Shown here: positions 17,051-25,122 of the stretch, piece after piece
How the letters are laid out: each line of letters starts with the position of its first letter
Position numbering within the stretch: the first letter of the stretch is position 1
Origin: Anaerolineae bacterium
GTDB taxonomy: Bacteria > Chloroflexota > Anaerolineae > JAFGEY01
NCBI GenBank assembly: GCA_016783145.1
Contig: JADHXD010000005.1
Location: 1,399 to 65,398 of the forward strand
Direction of reading: 5' to 3'
Length of the DNA: 64,000 bases
Notes under the pieces: generated by a model
What the model was told of the DNA's origin: nothing
The model's database searches: none
The model's input: the letters and a program-made list of their open reading frames with translations, nothing else
Program-made: the position numbers and the translations under genes

Positions 17051-19990
17051 TTGAGACCAGAGCTGAGGAAAACAGACAGAGGATGGCGAGCGTGGATCGC
17101 TCGAGTGGTTCTGGCGATCGGAGCGACCGCGCTGCTGCTCGCTTCGCCCGGGTCGACTGCAGCGCACACCTCTCCGGAGCCGATACGCCTGGTGCGGGCC
17201 TCGTCCGACGAGGTGGTGATCGAGTTTACGCTGCCCGAGTACGCCCTTCGTCCAGTCTCCGAACAGGGCGAGACCTATCTCCAGGTGAGTGCCGAGGGCT
17301 TTGCGCTGCTCGGAGAGCCAGGAGCCCCACAACTGCTCCAGATCGGGGCGATGATCGGCTTGCCGCCCTTGGGTGCTTTGTCCTGGCGGATCCTCGAGGT
17401 CGAGCAGTCGACGCTGTCCCTGTCCAACCCAATCTACCCTGTGCCCCTGCCGACCGTCTCCCGCGCGGCTGCAGAGCCAAAGAGCGGGGGTGACAACGTG
17501 GCCTCTATGCCGGTCGGCTTGAGCTACGAATTCGCCCTGGACCAGACCCTCTACGCTGCCGGTGCGCTCTATCCTGCGGATGCCATCGATGTAGAGGAGA
17601 TGGGCAAGACCCGGGGGTATCGCGTAGCCCGCGTCGCGTTCTACCCGCTCCGCAGCAATCCTGCTCGCGGGGAGCTCTTGGTCACGCGCCGGCTTGTGGT
17701 GGGGATCAGCTTTGAGCACGCCGAGGACGCGGCGCTGCTCGCAGGGCCTGGGCCGGGATCTGCAGCGTTTGAGGGCTTGCTGGGCAAGGCCTTGCTCAAC
17801 TATGAGGCCGCACGGGAGTGGCGGGTTGCTTTCCCCGCGCGGACGGACGCGGTTTCTATGGACGTTCCCGCGAGCGTGGCAGGCAGCTTCAAGATCGTCA
17901 TCGATGCACCTGGCCTTTACCGCCTGACCTACGCCGACCTGAAGGACGCCGGCGTGCCGGTAGATGACATCGGCCCGGGCACGCTGCAGCTTTTCGAAGG
18001 GGATCAGGAGGTCGCCATTCTGGTACACGGGCAGGGAGACTCTAGTTTTGACTCCAGTGACAGCCTTGTGTTCTATGGGCGCGTACCCCGCAGCCGCTAC
18101 AGGGAACAGAACGTCTACTGGCTCCGGTACGGTGATGCTGTTGGCCTGCGTATGGACACCCGGGATGTGGCTCCCGGCGGGCAGCCCAGCGCCCCGGTGT
18201 GGACTACCGCCCGCTATGAGGGCAACCACCTGTACATCGAGAAGCGCCCTAACGCGGACGGCGACCACTGGTACGATGCCAGGCTGCTCCCGCTTGCGGG
18301 GCACGACCGAACGGTCTCTCTGTCGCTAAAGCCATTGGATGTGAACGTGGCGACGGCTGCGCTGCGGGTGGCTATGGTCGGCGACACGCCCACACACCGA
18401 GCTACGTTTGCGGTCAACGGACAGCCCGTGGGCGAGCTGTCCTGGAGCGGGCGCTCCCCGGTGACGGCTTCTGTGGTCGTGGCACGCTCCCTTCTGCGGG
18501 CGGGAGACAACTCGGTGCGGATCGCCGCCAACGTGCGCGATGAGGGCATTCTACTCGATGCCGTAGAGATCGACTATGCGTTCCAGTCTGTTATCGGCGG
18601 CGAGGCATTCTTTTGAGGAGAGGGCGGTTCGCACAGCTATGCGCTGGGGGGCTTTGGCGACCCCGATGTCTCGCTCTATGACGTGACCGATCCCCGCCAG
18701 CCTGTACACCTGAGTGGTGCGACGGGTGGGGGAGGGGCTCCGTTGTCCTTTGCCGACGACGTCTCCCCGGCCGCGACGTACCTGGCCGTGGCTGGCGCGC
18801 AGGTTCGCCGGCCCGCCGACATTGTCGCCGACAACCCCTCGAACTGGCGCGATCCGGCCAACGGTGCGGACTATTTGATCATCACCCATGCCGACTTTAG
18901 CGATGCCGTGCAGCCCCTGGCGGACCATCGCCAGGGCCAGGGGCACCAGGTGGCTGTGGCAGATGTGCAAGATGTGTACGATGAGTTCAGCGGCGGCCTG
19001 CTCGATCCAGAGGCCATCAGGTCTTTCATCGGTTACGCCTATGCGCAGTGGACGCCAGCCCCGACGTATGTCCTCTTGGTTGGCGACGGAAGTTACGACT
19101 TTTTGGATCACTTTGGCTACGGTTCCAAGAACTATATCCCACCGTATTTGGGCATGGTTGACCGCTACCTGGGCGAGACGGCGTCGGACAATCGCTATGC
19201 CGCTGTCGATGGCGATGACGTGCTTCCGGACGTGCTGTTGGGGCGTCTGCCGGTCACAAGCGCGGCCGAAGCGAGGACGGTTGTGGGCAAGATCCTCGAC
19301 TATGAGCGAGACCCCGAACCCGGCACCTGGAATACCAGGCACATCTTTGTGGCCGACAATGCGGATTCGGCGGATGACTTTAGCCAGTCCAGCGACGTTG
19401 TGTACAATCACTATGTCACCGCCCCGCGGACGGGTCGCAGGATCTACCTGGACGATCTATCTCCCAACGAGGCACAGAGCAGCGCACTGGCTGCCTGGCA
19501 GAGCGGGGGGGTACTGCTCAGCTTTGTGGGTCATAGTTCCTGGCACCAGTGGGCCGTTGAGAACATCTTTGACTTTTATGACGTGCCCGGCCTGCGAAAC
19601 GAGCGGCGATGGCCTGTGGTGCTCTCGATCACCTGTTTTACCGGCTACTTTCACCATCCCGAGTATGGCACGTTGGACGAATCGCTGCTGCGCCTGGATG
19701 GCGGGGGCGCCGTGGCGACGTGGTCGCCCAGCGGACTGGGCATCGCCACGGGGCACGGCTACCTGCACACAGGGTTTTACAGCGCCGTCTTTGATGAGGG
19801 CATTGTGGAGCTTGGCCCTGCGACCTGGTCAGCCAAGCTTCATCTCTACAGCCAGGCCCCAGTGTACGATGACCTGCTCGATACCTACCATCTCTTCGGG
19901 GATCCGGCCATGGCGCTCAACCTGACCTACCGACCGTGGCCTCACTCGCTCTACTTGCCCTTCATAGGCCGGGCTCGCTCCGGACGGTAA
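17051..19990 (+). pseudogene. gingipain-like cysteine peptidase (family C25) interrupted by one in-frame TGA at 18614-18616
   Basis: TTG start after AAGGAGG. The N-terminal signal plus C25 propeptide-like region lies in 17051-18613. The same frame continues after the TGA (..GGEAFF*GEGGSHSYALGGFGDPDVSLYDVTDP..) into the catalytic domain (ADYLIITH, LLVGDGSYDF, FVGHSSWHQW, VVLSITCFTGYF). Confidence 0.6.
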
Positions 19991-20008
19991 GCCTGTTCTG
20001 CCCTCGCT

Positions 20009-20044
20009 GACCCGTTGGCAGTTCACCCGGAGTGCCAACGGGTC
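20009..20044. terminator. bidirectional stem-loop between convergent genes
   Basis: Perfect 12-bp stem GACCCGTTGGCA / TGCCAACGGGTC with a 12-nt loop, between the C25 gene end and the ADH gene end. Confidence 0.5.
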
Positions 20045-20114
20045 GGCGATGCTGCATCACGACGCGCCGAGATCTTGACCGGCTACTTGTCCGGGTGAAA
20101 GGCCGCGAGAGCCA

Positions 20115-21164
20115 CTATGCCCAAGGGTCAAGGATGATCTTGCCACACTCGTGCGAGGCCGAGAGCGCCAGCGCATCCTGAACCCTGCTCATCGGGAAAC
20201 GATGGCTGATCAGGACGTCCAGCACATCGCTCGATCCGCGTATGACCTGCATGATCTGGCCAAAGTCATTGAGGCTGTAGTGCCACTGCCCGACGAGCGT
20301 GAGCCCTTTCCGCAGCATGTCCGCGCTTACCCGGATCGGCAAGGGGTCAGAACTCTCGGCGACAAAGCAGACCCTTCCCTTGGTTCGTGTGGCGTCGATG
20401 CACAGGCGCTGAGAGGCAACCACGCCAGCGCAGTCGATAGCGCAGGTCACCCCCAGGCCATCGACCGTCATCTCTCTGATCTGTTCAACGACGTGCTCGT
20501 CCCGGGGGTCCACGACCGCATCGGCGCCCAACAACTTGGCTCGCTCCACACGCCAAGGCTCCAACTCGGCCACGATGACCCGTGCGCCGCGGTACTTGGC
20601 GTTGACAATGCCTCCCTGACCTACGGGTCCCGCGCCGGTGATTAGCACCGTGTCCAACGCATTCATCCCGATGGTCTGCATGGCGCCAAAGGTTGGGCCC
20701 AAGCCGCACCAGGCCATGGAAGCGTGTTCGAAAGAGATGTCGTCGGGTATCTTGGGCAGCAGCCACGCAGCCCCCAGGCGGTACTGTGCGTATGCCCCGG
20801 TCGGTTCTGCCTCGCCCGTAAAGTCGGCATACTGAGCCTGGTACGGGCAGTGCAAAAAGTCGCCGGCCCGGCAGTACGCGCATCGACCGCACGGCCCCGC
20901 CCCCATCACTACGACCCGATCGCCGACCTTGACGCCGCACGGCTGCGCGACCTGAACCACCTCTCCCGCACCTTCGTGGCCAAGGGCGTTGATCCGCTCG
21001 CCCGGGGAACGTGGACCACGCAGCCAGGCTTTGTATTCCGTGCACATGGGTACGACGCGCATTTTCACCAGGGCCCAATCTGCCTTGGGCTGGGGTATGG
21101 GCATCTCTACCAGGTCTGCCTGCCGCTCGCCGACGATGACAGCTTTCACCATTGTGCCTTCCAT
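20115..21164 (-). CDS. zinc-dependent alcohol dehydrogenase (MDR superfamily, sorbitol/threonine dehydrogenase-like)
   Basis: GHEGAGEVV, the structural-zinc Cys cluster CGRCAYCRAGDFLHC, and the Rossmann motif LITGAGPVGQ. An alternative start lies at 21152 (MVKAVIV). Confidence 0.8.
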   Translation of the reverse strand: MEGTMVKAVIVGERQADLVEMPIPQPKADWALVKMRVVPMCTEYKAWLRGPRSPGERINALGHEGAGEVVQVAQPCGVKVGDRVVVMGAGPCGRCAYCRAGDFLHCPYQAQYADFTGEAEPTGAYAQYRLGAAWLLPKIPDDISFEHASMAWCGLGPTFGAMQTIGMNALDTVLITGAGPVGQGGIVNAKYRGARVIVAELEPWRVERAKLLGADAVVDPRDEHVVEQIREMTVDGLGVTCAIDCAGVVASQRLCIDATRTKGRVCFVAESSDPLPIRVSADMLRKGLTLVGQWHYSLNDFGQIMQVIRGSSDVLDVLISHRFPMSRVQDALALSASHECGKIILDPWA

Positions 21165-21395
21165 ATTCTACCTCCCTGCAAGAATCGGGTGGGGACACGC
21201 CCTACCACTGCCTGTTGTGCCCTCTGCGAACCGCCACGGTCTCCAGGGGAGGCCGTGGTTTGCACCTGAGGGGATTTCGGGTACAATGCCTGCCTGGGTT
21301 GGTTGGCCTGAGCAAAGGCGCTGGCCTGTTCGTCGTTGCGTTCTTTGTCCAGGCAGGAGAAAATGGGGGATATGTTTCCATCTCACGGCATCATT

Positions 21396-21590
21396 ATGCC
21401 CACCGTCGACTATGACCGCTGCCAGGCGTGCCGACAGTGTGAGGCCGCACAGCACTGCCGGTTCAAGGCGTTTGTCCGTATCGACGGGGAGGAACCACCG
21501 TTTATCGACGTGGGGCGCTGTGGGGGGTGCGGAGAGTGCGTGCCGCCCTGTCCATACGACGCGCTCAGCGCGCCCAAGATACCCGGGTAA
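21396..21590 (+). CDS. small 4Fe-4S dicluster-type ferredoxin
   Basis: CQACRQCEAAQHC and CGGCGECVPPCP motifs. Start chosen at MPTVDYDRC. Confidence 0.65.
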   Translation: MPTVDYDRCQACRQCEAAQHCRFKAFVRIDGEEPPFIDVGRCGGCGECVPPCPYDALSAPKIPG

Positions 21591-21602
21591 CTCGATCCAA
21601 GA

Positions 21603-21639
21603 AGCGACGCCTGCGACCCACCCGGTCACAGGCGTCGCT
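21603..21639. terminator. bidirectional stem-loop between the ferredoxin gene and the end of the acs operon
   Basis: Perfect 11-bp stem AGCGACGCCTG / CAGGCGTCGCT with a 15-nt loop. A second hairpin CTGCGCTCG..CGAGCGCAG lies at 21654-21673. Confidence 0.5.
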
Positions 21640-21682
21640 CCCGACAGCCCTGCCTGCGCTCGCACGAGCGCAGACGGAACCG

Positions 21683-22006
21683 TCACTGCCGAGCACCGCG
21701 AAGGGAGTGCAGCCGTTCCAGCTCCTCGTCGAGTTCGTCGAGCTCGGCGATCAGAGCCGGAGGCGGATCGTGATGCGGCAAGCGCGCTCGCGCTTCCTCC
21801 AGCCGCTGTGTGACCTCGGCGATCTGTTCTTCCACGCCCTTTGGCTTCCCCAGGGACTGCAGGTGCTCGAGCTCCTCGTCCAGTTCGTCGATCTCGGCAA
21901 TCAGAGCCCCCGGAGGATCGTGCTTGGGTAGGCGGGCATTTGCCTCCGCTAAGCGCTGTTCTACCTCGGCAATGCGTTCCTGCAGTGATGCGGCGTCCTT
22001 GGTCAT
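21683..22006 (-). CDS. small coiled-coil protein made of two copies of a ~43-aa RLPxHDPP motif
   Basis: The 107-aa product has RIAEVEQRLAEANARLPKHDPPGALIAEIDELDEELEHLQSL followed by QIAEVTQRLEEARARLPHHDPPPALIAELDELDEELERLHSL. Its ATG overlaps the stop of the upstream gene (ATGA). Confidence 0.55.
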   Translation of the reverse strand: MTKDAASLQERIAEVEQRLAEANARLPKHDPPGALIAEIDELDEELEHLQSLGKPKGVEEQIAEVTQRLEEARARLPHHDPPPALIAELDELDEELERLHSLRGARQ

Positions 22007-22716
22007 GTTCCCTCTTCCTTCCTGTCTTTCCCGTCCTGCGTTGCTTGCTGTACGGACCTCTGTGCCATCGTTGCTGCGATGTGAAGCAAGGTATGGGAGC
22101 CCTGCACAGGGTCGACGTCCATGCCTCCCCAGCAGGGGTAGTAGTGATGAAGCAGCCCTGCCTGCTCCGCGGCGCTTGCGGTCGAGATGCCCGACAGGCA
22201 TTCGACGATGTACCGCGTGTTCCCACACGGCGTCTCGCGCGCGATCTCGCAGCGGGCAACGTGATGGTCCTCTATGTCGCACACCAGTTCGGGTCGCCCG
22301 TAACGCCGGGCGAACTCCTGGATCAGCGGGTGCTGGGCCTTGGTGGGAGACAGGCTGCAGAAGGGCATAGGCGCTGCGCTGCCGATATTCATTGCCGACA
22401 GCCGCCCTCTTACCTGCCGGAGGAGGCCGGGCGGTGCCCAGGCACGCCTGTCCACTGGAATGAGAACCGCCTGCGCACCGCACATATGGGCCAGGTCCGG
22501 CGTCAGGTCGGTCAACCCCGCACTCTCGGTCAGGGCGATGAGCAGGTCTGCCTGAGGGAGAGTGCGGGGCAGGAACTCGTCTGGCTCATCTATCACCAGG
22601 GGCAACGCAGTAGGCCCTTGCCAGACACTGATCTGCCAGCCTGAGGGTACGGTGCGGTTCAGGTGGTCGGCGATCCGCCATCCCCACTGTCCTTGGGCAG
22701 CGATCAGGATGCGCAC
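22003..22716 (-). CDS. Cys-rich uncharacterised protein, possibly DUF166 family
   Basis: 237 aa with PFCSLSP, RCEIARETPCGNTRYIVEC and YYPCWGG. The family assignment is from memory and is weak. Confidence 0.45.
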   Translation of the reverse strand: MRILIAAQGQWGWRIADHLNRTVPSGWQISVWQGPTALPLVIDEPDEFLPRTLPQADLLIALTESAGLTDLTPDLAHMCGAQAVLIPVDRRAWAPPGLLRQVRGRLSAMNIGSAAPMPFCSLSPTKAQHPLIQEFARRYGRPELVCDIEDHHVARCEIARETPCGNTRYIVECLSGISTASAAEQAGLLHHYYPCWGGMDVDPVQGSHTLLHIAATMAQRSVQQATQDGKDRKEEGT

Positions 22717-22721
22717 GCGGT

Positions 22722-23294
22722 CTAGAACTCTCCAGAGTGGTCGACCAAGTAGAGCACCAGCTCTGCCACATCCAGCGTGCGCCCGTCCTGCAACATCGCA
22801 TAGTCGTCGTGGGTGAACTCGTTCTGGAATCCTAGATGCTCGAATGCTTTGATAACCTGGGGTTGATCGGTTGGCACAAAAGCGATCAGTTGGTGCAAGC
22901 CTACCCGCCGGGCGATGTCGATCGCCGAGCGGATCATCAGCGAACCAATGCCCCGCAGCCGGAACTCGCGATCCAGGAAAATGCGCATCCAGCCAAGGTG
23001 GCGCTGGAACTTGGTGCCAAAGTGGATCGTTGCATCGCCGATGATGCGGTCGTTCACCTCGACCACGATCGGGAAGACATTGCTCAGATCCAGGTTTTCC
23101 ACCCAGCTCTCGATAACGTGCCGATCGGTGGGATCGCTCCGGAAGCGCTCCAGGTCCTCAGGCGCGGCCCGTGCAAAGAGGACGGCGAGCTTGTCGGTAT
23201 CACCCTTTGCCAGTGGGCGCACCAGGAGGCGCAAACCGTCCGGCAGCGCCTTGACCTGGCGGTATCGTGCCAGTTGTGCCCATATATCAGCCAT
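22722..23294 (-). CDS. GNAT family N-acetyltransferase
   Basis: FLDREFRLRGIGSLMIRSAIDIARRVGLHQL (the R/QxxGxG/A acetyl-CoA loop) with a typical GNAT beta-alpha order. Confidence 0.7.
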   Translation of the reverse strand: MADIWAQLARYRQVKALPDGLRLLVRPLAKGDTDKLAVLFARAAPEDLERFRSDPTDRHVIESWVENLDLSNVFPIVVEVNDRIIGDATIHFGTKFQRHLGWMRIFLDREFRLRGIGSLMIRSAIDIARRVGLHQLIAFVPTDQPQVIKAFEHLGFQNEFTHDDYAMLQDGRTLDVAELVLYLVDHSGEF

Positions 23295-23373
23295 ACTTTC
23301 TCCCTGTCAGATGTGTGGGGAAGGTCCCAGTCGGCTCCCGTCTGTCGATCCCCGATCGCTGCTTGGCAAGCAG

Positions 23374-24294
23374 CTATCTCAAGTATGCATCCGTGTAGAT
23401 CACTTTGTTGAGCAGCGCCTGGACGGTCTTCCACACCTCGACCTGTTTCGGATCGCTCATATCCACATCCTCGGGCTGCAGGTCTTCCATAGCCTCGACT
23501 CTGTCGTGGAGGGTGGTCAGCAGGCGGTTGAGCGGCGTGGAGTCATCCCGTTCCTCGACGACGCGGATAAACTCCATCAGGTCTCGATCGAGCGGGTCGG
23601 CAATGACCATGTCGATGCCCGCTCCCATGAGCATCACCAAGTAGACCTGGTCCAGCAGCGGGCGCATCGCCTCGGGAACGGCGTTCGAGACGTTAGAAAG
23701 GCCGCCGTTGGTCAACGGGGGCGGGTCCCACGCAAACTTGAGCGTGCGCACGGCCTCGATGGCCTCGGGGCAGTATTCTTGGCAGCCAGAGACGGTAAGG
23801 ATCAGGGGGTCGATGATCAGATCTGTGATCGGGAAATCCATCTCGACCATATGCGGGATCAGCCTCTCCAAGGCCAGTGTGACCCGCTCGTCGGCGCTGA
23901 CTGGGATCATTCCCTCGGCCATCGTGAGGCCGATCAGCCGGGTGTTGTACTTTTTGGCGAGGGGCGGCACAGCCTCCAGCCGCTCAGGCCGGCAGTCGGT
24001 CGAGTTGATGATCGGCTGGGCCTTGGAGACTGTCTCGCAGGCGGCCTCGATGGCCGCCAGATTGGTGGTATCAAAGCACAGTGGCAGATCGGTGACCTTT
24101 TCTGCTTCCTCTACCAGCCAGGGCAGGATCTCATGCCCGTGTCTCCTGTTCGGCCCGATATTCAGATCGATCGCGTTCGCCCCGGCGTCCGCAAGCTTTG
24201 CGATCAGATTGCGAAAGTATGCGCCGTCCCGCTCGGCGATAGCATCTTTGATGGGTTTGGAGATGATGTGAATGTTCTCGGCGATAATATACAT
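23374..24294 (-). CDS. acsE: methyltetrahydrofolate:corrinoid/iron-sulfur protein methyltransferase
   Basis: Pterin-binding TIM-barrel signature MYIIAENIHIIS..., AIDLNIGP, CFDTTN, INSTD. Operon context with acsC/acsB. Confidence 0.85.
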   Translation of the reverse strand: MYIIAENIHIISKPIKDAIAERDGAYFRNLIAKLADAGANAIDLNIGPNRRHGHEILPWLVEEAEKVTDLPLCFDTTNLAAIEAACETVSKAQPIINSTDCRPERLEAVPPLAKKYNTRLIGLTMAEGMIPVSADERVTLALERLIPHMVEMDFPITDLIIDPLILTVSGCQEYCPEAIEAVRTLKFAWDPPPLTNGGLSNVSNAVPEAMRPLLDQVYLVMLMGAGIDMVIADPLDRDLMEFIRVVEERDDSTPLNRLLTTLHDRVEAMEDLQPEDVDMSDPKQVEVWKTVQALLNKVIYTDAYLR

Positions 24295-24323
24295 GACCTT
24301 CCCTCCATAGGTTTATGGACAGC

Positions 24324-25115
24324 TTATGCTTGTCCGTTTGATAGCATCTTGTCCGCGATCCTGAACACTGCCTGGACGACCGGCGAGTCGCGTGGCAGCT
24401 CTATCAAAGGCCGTCCAGAGAACTCGAACTCTGACATCACCAGATCGTTGGGAATCGTCCCCGTGAGCTCGACTCCGATCTTGGCGACCGCGGCAGCCAA
24501 AGGGGGCGCCAAATGATCGCCGATCACCCGGTTGACCACCAGGTACAGCTTGTCGATGTTGACATCCAGCCCGGGGATCATCTCGACGATCCGCTGGGCG
24601 GCGATCACCCCCCGCTGCGAGGTGTCGGTGACCAAGACCAGGTGATCCACATCTCGGGTCGTGCGGCGGCTGATGTGCTCCATGCCGGCCTCGTTGTCCA
24701 TCACCACATAGTCGTAGCTATCTCCCATGCGGTCCATGATGACGCGCATCATCTGATTGGCTGCGCAGTAGCACCCTGGTCCTTCAGGTCGTCCCATGGC
24801 CAGCAGATCTACGCTGGTGCCTTCGACCAGGGCCATCCGGATCTGGTAGTCGAGATAGTCCTGCTTGCTCATGCCCCCGGGCATCGCGCCAGCGGTCACA
24901 GAGCTAGCCTGGACCTGATCGAGCATGTCTTCCCTGATGTCGCCGATGGTCTCCTCTAGTTCTAACCCCAGCACATAGTGCAAGTTGCTGGATGGGTCGG
25001 CGTCAATCGCCAAGATCGACCCCGCCTGTTTCTCGACCAGGTAGCGAACGATCATGGACGCGACAGTTGTCTTTCCGGTGCCGCCTTTGCCGGCGACAGC
25101 GATCGTTGTTGTCAT
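24324..25115 (-). CDS. cooC: CODH/ACS nickel-insertion ATPase (CooC/AcsF family)
   Basis: Deviant Walker A IAVAGKGGTGKTT, the CxC-type metal site region GPGCYCAANQ, and MinD/ParA-like length. Confidence 0.85.
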   Translation of the reverse strand: MTTTIAVAGKGGTGKTTVASMIVRYLVEKQAGSILAIDADPSSNLHYVLGLELEETIGDIREDMLDQVQASSVTAGAMPGGMSKQDYLDYQIRMALVEGTSVDLLAMGRPEGPGCYCAANQMMRVIMDRMGDSYDYVVMDNEAGMEHISRRTTRDVDHLVLVTDTSQRGVIAAQRIVEMIPGLDVNIDKLYLVVNRVIGDHLAPPLAAAVAKIGVELTGTIPNDLVMSEFEFSGRPLIELPRDSPVVQAVFRIADKMLSNGQA

Positions 25116-25122
25116 CGTACTT

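Noticed and set aside
15395-18304. 465-aa (15395-16792) and 438-aa (16988-18304) minus-strand ORFs
   Set aside because: They are antisense to the GH38 mannosidase and C25 peptidase genes. Their composition is Arg/Pro/Gly-rich. There are no start signals and no recognisable domains.
18614-18616. TGA in the C25 peptidase as selenocysteine or evidence of an alternative genetic code
   Set aside because: TGA clearly terminates many well-supported genes here (obg, the response regulator, the kinase). The FF_GEGG context is not a redox motif. I saw no SECIS-like hairpin immediately downstream.
21168-24516. 363-aa, 266-aa and 533-aa ORFs overlapping the tail of the acs operon in other frames or on the other strand
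   Set aside because: They overlap better-supported genes (acsE, GNAT, Cys-rich protein, coiled-coil peptide). Only the last 107 codons of the 266-aa ORF look protein-like and were kept.
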